NCBI GenBank assembly: GCA_028693335.1
Contig: JAQUVR010000002.1
Location: forward strand, 1-20,096
DNA: 20,096 nt
Source: Candidatus Iainarchaeum sp.
GTDB lineage: Archaea; Iainarchaeota; Iainarchaeia; Iainarchaeales; CSSED10-239
Direction: 5' to 3'
Shown: piece by piece, positions 15,486 to 20,096 of the stretch
Position numbering within the stretch: the first letter of the stretch is position 1
Layout of the letters: every line of letters starts with the position of its first letter
Position numbers and translations under genes: made by a program
Notes under the pieces: generated by a model
Told to the model about the DNA's origin: nothing
Database searches by the model: none
What the model saw: the letters and a program-made list of their open reading frames with translations, nothing else

Positions 15486-16091
15486 ATGATATTAAAAAAT
15501 TTAATTTTAGATAGTGGAAACTATTATACAACAGATCTAAACACAAAAAAGAAAAGATTTTGGGACCCTAATAGATCTAAAATCTGTGCTGGACTGAAAA
15601 AAGGTATTAATATGTTGCCAATTACTACTGATTCTAAGGTGTTGTATCTTGGATCTGCTGAAGGATATACAATATCTTACATATCAGATCTTGCGGATAA
15701 TGGTGTTGTTATCGGAGTAGATATCTCGCCTATCAGTACTCAAAAATTCTATTTACTTTGCAAAGAAAGAAATAATCTTTTACCTATTCTTGCAAGTGCA
15801 AATGAACCTGATAGTTACAAACATTTAATAGATTTTAAAGTAGATTTAATTATTCAAGATGTTGCCCAAAAAAATCAAGTAGAAATTCTTAAAAAAAATG
15901 CTGATGTTTATTTAAAAGAGGGTGGATTTGTTATCTTAAGTTTAAAAACAACGGCTATATCTCAAGGAAAAACAGAAAACATAATAAACAAAGAAGTAGA
16001 AAAATTTGGTAAAGATTTTAATATTGTTGAAAAAAAAAGATTAGATCCTTTTGAAAAGAAACACATATTAATTATTGGAAAGAAAAAATAA
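15486..16091 (+). CDS. flpA: Fibrillarin-like rRNA/tRNA 2'-O-methyltransferase
   Basis: RFWDPNRSKICAGL, SAM-binding VLYLGSAEGYTISYISD, VIGVDISP, ILASANEP, IIQDVAQKNQVEIL and LDPFEKKHILIIG align with M. jannaschii fibrillarin. It lies immediately downstream of nop5, as in most archaea. The N-terminus is about 30 aa shorter than in M. jannaschii. Confidence 0.9.
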   Translation: MILKNLILDSGNYYTTDLNTKKKRFWDPNRSKICAGLKKGINMLPITTDSKVLYLGSAEGYTISYISDLADNGVVIGVDISPISTQKFYLLCKERNNLLPILASANEPDSYKHLIDFKVDLIIQDVAQKNQVEILKKNADVYLKEGGFVILSLKTTAISQGKTENIINKEVEKFGKDFNIVEKKRLDPFEKKHILIIGKKK

Positions 16092-16092
16092 A

Positions 16093-16281
16093 TTATTTAT
16101 TTATTTCCACAAAATGTTTAATAGATCGATCATAAGTCTTTTCTGCAGACTTTGGAAAAAAACAAGCAGGAATTTCTTTTCTTTCCCTATGTTCTTTAAC
16201 ACAAAGACAACAGATTCCTTTTTTTGAACAATTGTATGTGCAATTACAATTTTTCAAGTTTTCTTCTTTTCTACATTCCAT
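16093..16281 (-). CDS. Small cysteine-rich protein (DUF6485-like)
   Basis: MECRKEENLKNCNCTYNCSKKGICCLCVKEHRERKEIPACFFPKSAEKTYDRS has 8 Cys in 62 aa. The pattern NC.C.Y..C...G.CC.C...H......PACFFP..AEKTYDRS matches, from memory, a family of uncharacterised Cys-rich proteins from anaerobes. Confidence 0.6.
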   Translation of the reverse strand: MECRKEENLKNCNCTYNCSKKGICCLCVKEHRERKEIPACFFPKSAEKTYDRSIKHFVEINK

Positions 16282-16298
16282 ATAAGATCTATCAAAAA

Positions 16299-16970
16299 TT
16301 ATTTTCTATAAACTTTTAAAATAATAATATCATCAACAGGCCAATCTTGATAATATCCTTTTGTTGTTGTTTTTGATTTTTCTATTTCATATACAACATC
16401 CATACCAGAAATAACTTTTCCAAATACAGCATAACCTGGATCTCTAGGGCTATAATCCAAACCCAAATTGTCAACAGTGTTTATAAAAAATTGACCAGTT
16501 GCAGAATCTGGATTATTTGTTCTTGCCATGGCTATTGTGCCCGTTAAATTGCTTAGTCCCTTATTAGATTCTAACTTAATTGGCGGCAAAGTCTTTTTTT
16601 GTGTGCCATCTGGATTAAATCCACCACCTTGTATCATAAAACCAGATATTATTCTATGAAATACAAGACCGGAATAAAAATTACTATCCACATATTTTAA
16701 AAAATTTTCAACAGTTATTGGTGCTTTTTCTGGATATAGCTCAATTTCTATATTTCCTTTACTTGTTTCCATAATTACAACATTACTCATATTTTCTACC
16801 TCATTATTTTTATCAAACTCTATATCTATTAAATTTTCTTTTTCTGAATTTTCTTTTTCTGTAATATTATTATCTATTTGTTTTCTTTCGCTCAATACTA
16901 AAGATAAAAAAACAACAGACAAAATAATCATCAATATCAGTGCAATTATAATTTTTGTAGTACTTTTCAC
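16299..16970 (-). CDS. Cyclophilin-type peptidyl-prolyl cis-trans isomerase with an N-terminal membrane anchor or signal
   Basis: METSKGNIEIELYPEKAPITVENFLKYV...FHRIISGFMIQGGGF...GTIAMARTNNPDSATGQFFIN...YAVFGKV.SGMDVV matches PpiA/PpiB. The N-terminus KIIIALILMIILSVVFLSLVL is hydrophobic. The start is GTG 16970, preceded by AGGTGA. Confidence 0.9.
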   Translation of the reverse strand: MKSTTKIIIALILMIILSVVFLSLVLSERKQIDNNITEKENSEKENLIDIEFDKNNEVENMSNVVIMETSKGNIEIELYPEKAPITVENFLKYVDSNFYSGLVFHRIISGFMIQGGGFNPDGTQKKTLPPIKLESNKGLSNLTGTIAMARTNNPDSATGQFFINTVDNLGLDYSPRDPGYAVFGKVISGMDVVYEIEKSKTTTKGYYQDWPVDDIIILKVYRK

Positions 16971-16980
16971 AAAATTTCAC

Positions 16981-17502
16981 CTATTCTATTTTTTTTACTG
17001 TTGGCTTTACTACTCTTTCAACAGTATTACTTATAAAATTAATAAATGTGTTTAAAACATTATCAGCAACAAACTCCCACTCTCTAATCTCTTCTTCAAT
17101 TTCCTTTATTTGATTTGAATCTAAATCTTTTCTTTGACTCATTAAAAAATCTTTTAGATCTGCAATCAATTCTTTTATTTTTTCCAAAAGACACATTAAT
17201 TTTAATTTAAAATCTTGAATTTTTTCTAAATTTGTTCTTACTTTTTTTTTTAGTTCTTGCTTTTTGTTATTATCTTTTGACTCTCTTAAATCCTTTTCAT
17301 ATCTCTTTTCTTTAAATGGTCTAAAAAGATCACAATAAACTTCATGAATCGCTCCATTAAAAAAAGACATAAAAGATGCCGGCGTTTCTAATATTCCCAC
17401 ATTATTAAAATGTTTTTTTGTGTAATTATTAATGTCAAAAAATATTCTGCTCTTTTCTCGTTTGGGAGCCTTAATTTCTCTTGGTCTAATTGTTCGAAAC
17501 AT
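16981..17502 (-). CDS. Hypothetical charged coiled-coil protein
   Basis: A 173-aa ORF. Its stop TAG is embedded in the SD of the downstream PPIase gene. I recognise no family. Confidence 0.55.
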   Translation of the reverse strand: MFRTIRPREIKAPKREKSRIFFDINNYTKKHFNNVGILETPASFMSFFNGAIHEVYCDLFRPFKEKRYEKDLRESKDNNKKQELKKKVRTNLEKIQDFKLKLMCLLEKIKELIADLKDFLMSQRKDLDSNQIKEIEEEIREWEFVADNVLNTFINFISNTVERVVKPTVKKIE

Positions 17503-17600
17503 ATAAATTTTATTTTATTTTGATATATAAAATAGATCTAAATCTATTAAAAAGATATTTGTTTTTAATATAGATAAAAACATTAGAAAAAAAAGGAAAT

Positions 17601-18464
17601 ATGAAAAAAAATTTAGAAATAGAAAAAGGAAAAAAGATTGCTAAACTATCTTTGTGGTCAGTAACAATACTTACTTTAATTAAATTAATAGTTGGCTTTT
17701 TTTCTGGAAGCATAGGACTAATTGCAGATGGGATAAATAGTTTTACAGATATATTAGCAAATTTAACCTCTTATTTAGGATTAAAAATTTCCGAAAAAAA
17801 AGCAAATAAAAATTTCCCATATGGTTTTTATAAATCAGAAAATGTTGCAACCTTAATAATTTCTTTTTTTATATTTTTTGCAGGCTATAAATTATTTACT
17901 CTTAGTTACAATAAATTATTTTCTAATTATGTTCCTGAAATAACAATACTTATCTTAATTATTCCAATAATATCAATAGCATATTCCTTTATTATTTCAA
18001 AATATCAAATAAAAATAGGAAAAGAAATAAATTCTAATAGCCTAATAGCAAAAGGAATTGATTCAAGAAATGACATTCTTGCAACTGGTGTTGTCTTATT
18101 TGGAATGTTTTGTACTTATTTAAATATAAAGTATATAGAAATAATTGCAGGAATACTAGTAAGTCTTTTTATATTTAGAACAGGATATGTTTGTATAAAA
18201 ACAGCAATACATCCATTACTTGATGGATCAGCTGATAAAAAATTAATTGATAAAGTTGAAAAAATAATTCTTAAAGAAAAATGCAAAATAAAAGTATTAA
18301 GAATTAGATCTTCTGGATTATTTTATCATGGAGAAGCAACAATATTAGTGGATTCTAAATTAACTATAAAAAAAGCACACGATATTGCAAACAACATAGA
18401 AAAACAAATAAAAAAAGATGTTTCTGAAATTAAAGACTTTATAATACATATAGAACCAAAATAA
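17601..18464 (+). CDS. Cation diffusion facilitator (CDF) family metal efflux transporter
   Basis: SLWSVTILTLIKLIVGFFSGSIGLIADGINSFTDIL (TM1-2), FPYGFYKSENVATL, the TM5 motif GIDSRNDILATG, and a C-terminal cytoplasmic domain HGEATILVD...AHDIANNIEKQIKK...HIEP. The length is 287 aa. Confidence 0.85.
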   Translation: MKKNLEIEKGKKIAKLSLWSVTILTLIKLIVGFFSGSIGLIADGINSFTDILANLTSYLGLKISEKKANKNFPYGFYKSENVATLIISFFIFFAGYKLFTLSYNKLFSNYVPEITILILIIPIISIAYSFIISKYQIKIGKEINSNSLIAKGIDSRNDILATGVVLFGMFCTYLNIKYIEIIAGILVSLFIFRTGYVCIKTAIHPLLDGSADKKLIDKVEKIILKEKCKIKVLRIRSSGLFYHGEATILVDSKLTIKKAHDIANNIEKQIKKDVSEIKDFIIHIEPK

Positions 18465-18539
18465 GCCAATAGAGGGATTTGAACCCTCGACCTTTTGCTT
18501 ACGAGGCAAATGCTCTAAGCCGGGCTGAGCTATATTGGC
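18465..18539 (-). tRNA. tRNA-Thr (anticodon CGU)
   Basis: The minus strand folds as a cloverleaf: GCCAATA TA GCTC AGCCCGGCTTA GAGC A TTTGC CTCGTAA GCAAA AGGTC GAGGG TTCAAAT CCCTC TATTGGC. It has a 7-bp acceptor stem, 4-bp D stem, 5-bp anticodon stem with loop CU-CGU-AA, and 5-bp T stem. There is no intron and no encoded CCA. Confidence 0.9.
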
Positions 18540-18573
18540 GAGATAAAAACGCCTGTCCAAGATTTAGTGCAAA

Positions 18574-18972
18574 TTACAATTTTAATCTCTCAGCCATAGT
18601 TTTTAGATCTGTTTTATCCAAAACCTCTTTATATGGCCAAAAATCTTTTCCATCATCAATTGTTCTTGGAATTATATGAAAATGTAAATGAAATACTGAT
18701 TGCTGTGCTGATTTGTCATTAGCATTTAATATATTTATTCCATCAAATTTTTGATTATAATGAACAGATATTTTTTTTATTGCAGCTGTGACTTTTTCTA
18801 AATAAAAGTTATCAACATCAAAAATATTTACAAAATGTTTTTTTGGGATTACAAGTGTGTGACCATTTACAACTGGATTAATATCTAAAAATGCAAGAAC
18901 ATATTCATCTTCATATATTTTATAACAAGGAACATCTCCAGAAATTATTTTACAAAAAATACAATCATCCAT
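18574..18972 (-). CDS. HIT (histidine triad) family nucleotide hydrolase/transferase
   Basis: CIFCKIISGDVPCYKIYEDEYVLAFLDINPVVNGHTLVIPKKH, and the histidine triad HLHFHIIP. Confidence 0.9.
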   Translation of the reverse strand: MDDCIFCKIISGDVPCYKIYEDEYVLAFLDINPVVNGHTLVIPKKHFVNIFDVDNFYLEKVTAAIKKISVHYNQKFDGINILNANDKSAQQSVFHLHFHIIPRTIDDGKDFWPYKEVLDKTDLKTMAERLKL

Positions 18973-18986
18973 TTTTATTTCACCAA

Positions 18987-20096
18987 TTATAAATCTTTAA
19001 AATCAATCTTTTCAAAATATAAATTCTCTAAGATATTAAATAAATCATTAATATTTATTCTTTTTTGATCAAAACTATTTCTATCTCTAATAGTTACGGT
19101 GTTATCTTCTAGTGTTTGATGATCAATTGTCAAACAATAATTACAACCAATCTCATCAAGTCTAGCATATCTTTTACCAATAGATCCTTTTTCATCAAAA
19201 AATATTTCAAATCTTGGATTTTTTTCTTTTATTGTGTTTAGTATATCTGTTGCCTTTTCAAACAAACCATCTTTTTTCATCAATGGTAATATTGAACAAA
19301 AATATGGTGAGATTTTTGGCTTTAATAGTAAAACGTTTCTATTCTCATCATTTACTTGTTTTACACAAAAAGAATTTTCTAATAAAACCAAAAACAATCT
19401 ATCAAGCCCAATTGAACAGATCTCTAAAACATGGGGAGTAATCTTTTTTCCATTCTCTGACACTAATAGCTCTTTTTTTGAACCAAGCCCATGACTTTTA
19501 AGATCATGATCTGTTCTATAATTTACAGAAAATAATTCTATCCATTCATCTTCATTAAATAAAACTTCTAAATCAAATGTTTGTTTAGAATAAAAGGCTT
19601 TATCATTTTCTGGAACTTCTCTATACCTTATATTTTCTTTTTTAAAACCAAGATCTTCTAAAAATTTTTGAGTCAAATACAAATAATATGTTATTATCTT
19701 TCCAACACTTATTTTTTGTTCATTAATTTCTTTTATTGTATATTCTTTTTCACAATTATCTTTTAGTAAATATAATCTAATTTTATAATCTTCAATTGTT
19801 TCTAAATCAATAGGAGTTTTATCAATTTCATCAGCATCAAAAAACAATTCTGTTTCTAATTGTTCAAATTCTCTACATCTTAAAAGCCCATTTCTTGGAG
19901 CAATCTCATTTCTATAAACTTTTCCATGTTGTGAAATTACAATTGGTAATTCTTTTCTAGATGTTTTATAAATCCTTAAAAAATCTAAAAAAATAGATTG
20001 ACAAGTTTCTCCTCTAAGATATCCTAAATTACCACTTTGTGCTCCAACATTAATAGATGCCATTAAATTAAATCTGGATATCTCTCCTAATTTTCC
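18987..20096 (-). CDS. glyS: Glycine--tRNA ligase (archaeal/eukaryotic dimeric type); the N-terminus lies outside the window
   Basis: The frame is open to the window edge (..GKLGEISRFNLMASINVG..GYLRGET.QSIF). Class II motif 2 is YRNEIAPRNGLLRCREFEQLE. The C-terminal anticodon-binding domain is SPYFCSILPL...GSIGKRYARLDEIGCNYCLTIDHQTLEDNTVTIRDRNS. Confidence 0.9.
   Translation of the reverse strand, partial: GKLGEISRFNLMASINVGAQSGNLGYLRGETCQSIFLDFLRIYKTSRKELPIVISQHGKVYRNEIAPRNGLLRCREFEQLETELFFDADEIDKTPIDLETIEDYKIRLYLLKDNCEKEYTIKEINEQKISVGKIITYYLYLTQKFLEDLGFKKENIRYREVPENDKAFYSKQTFDLEVLFNEDEWIELFSVNYRTDHDLKSHGLGSKKELLVSENGKKITPHVLEICSIGLDRLFLVLLENSFCVKQVNDENRNVLLLKPKISPYFCSILPLMKKDGLFEKATDILNTIKEKNPRFEIFFDEKGSIGKRYARLDEIGCNYCLTIDHQTLEDNTVTIRDRNSFDQKRININDLFNILENLYFEKIDFKDL

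Noticed and set aside
15569-15586. A copy of the AATAGATCTAAAATCT word inside fibrillarin, considered as a third operator-like site.
   Set aside because: It encodes the conserved NRSKI of the fibrillarin motif (W.PNRSK), so it is explained by coding constraint. I keep it as a caution against over-reading the promoter-region repeats.
18465-18539. tRNA-Thr as an attachment site for an integrated element or provirus.
   Set aside because: There is no integrase, no direct repeat of the tRNA 3' half and no viral-type genes on either side. The flanking genes are housekeeping (CDF, HIT, GlyRS).
1-20096. Box C/D sRNA genes, which would be expected partners of Nop5/fibrillarin.
   Set aside because: I scanned both strands for UGAUGA (tgatga/tcatca). 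Every occurrence I found lies inside protein-coding sequence, and none sits in an intergenic spacer with a downstream CUGA at sRNA spacing. By-eye scanning could miss degenerate boxes.
1-20096. CRISPR arrays, IS elements or transposases, rRNA genes, or recoded stop codons.
   Set aside because: I saw no regularly spaced direct repeats of 25-40 nt, no transposase-like or integrase-like ORFs and no rRNA-like GC-rich segments. TGA, TAA and TAG are all used as stops by well-supported genes, so the standard code applies.

Overview
This is a very AT-rich window (roughly 70% or more A+T by eye) from an extremely gene-dense archaeal chromosome. The archaeal assignment rests on TFB, ribosomal proteins L44e, L15e and L35Ae, a Nop5-fibrillarin operon, RNase HII, an archaeal/eukaryotic-type GlyRS and a tRNA-Thr. 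The tight packing (4-nt gene overlaps, convergent genes 0-1 nt apart), truncated core proteins and many lineage-specific ORFs suggest a small-genome, DPANN-like archaeon; that is inference. Most of the window is housekeeping. Four things stand out. (1) A polytopic membrane protein is translationally coupled to a HerA/FtsK-superfamily (DUF87-like) P-loop ATPase whose Walker A motif is split by a 406-aa LAGLIDADG intein. (2) About 6 kb away sits a clearly homologous 477-aa paralog of that ATPase in which Walker A, Walker B and the QRP motif are all destroyed. Together these look like an active/pseudo-ATPase pair with a membrane partner, and this is my best candidate for an uncharacterised system. 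(3) A tight four-gene operon reads PIN(DUF3368-like), RHH+UPF0175, trxB, then a bacterial-type pyruvoyl panD. (4) Two tandem lysine-rich paralogs of unknown function lie directly downstream of tfb. Other oddities: a PRTase-like reading frame with no ATG/GTG/TTG start, a Nop5 that seems to lack its N-terminal fibrillarin-binding domain, and strong enrichment of the palindrome AGATCT. I found no CRISPR array, rRNA, transposase or integrase. All family assignments come from motif recognition by eye and are not database hits.
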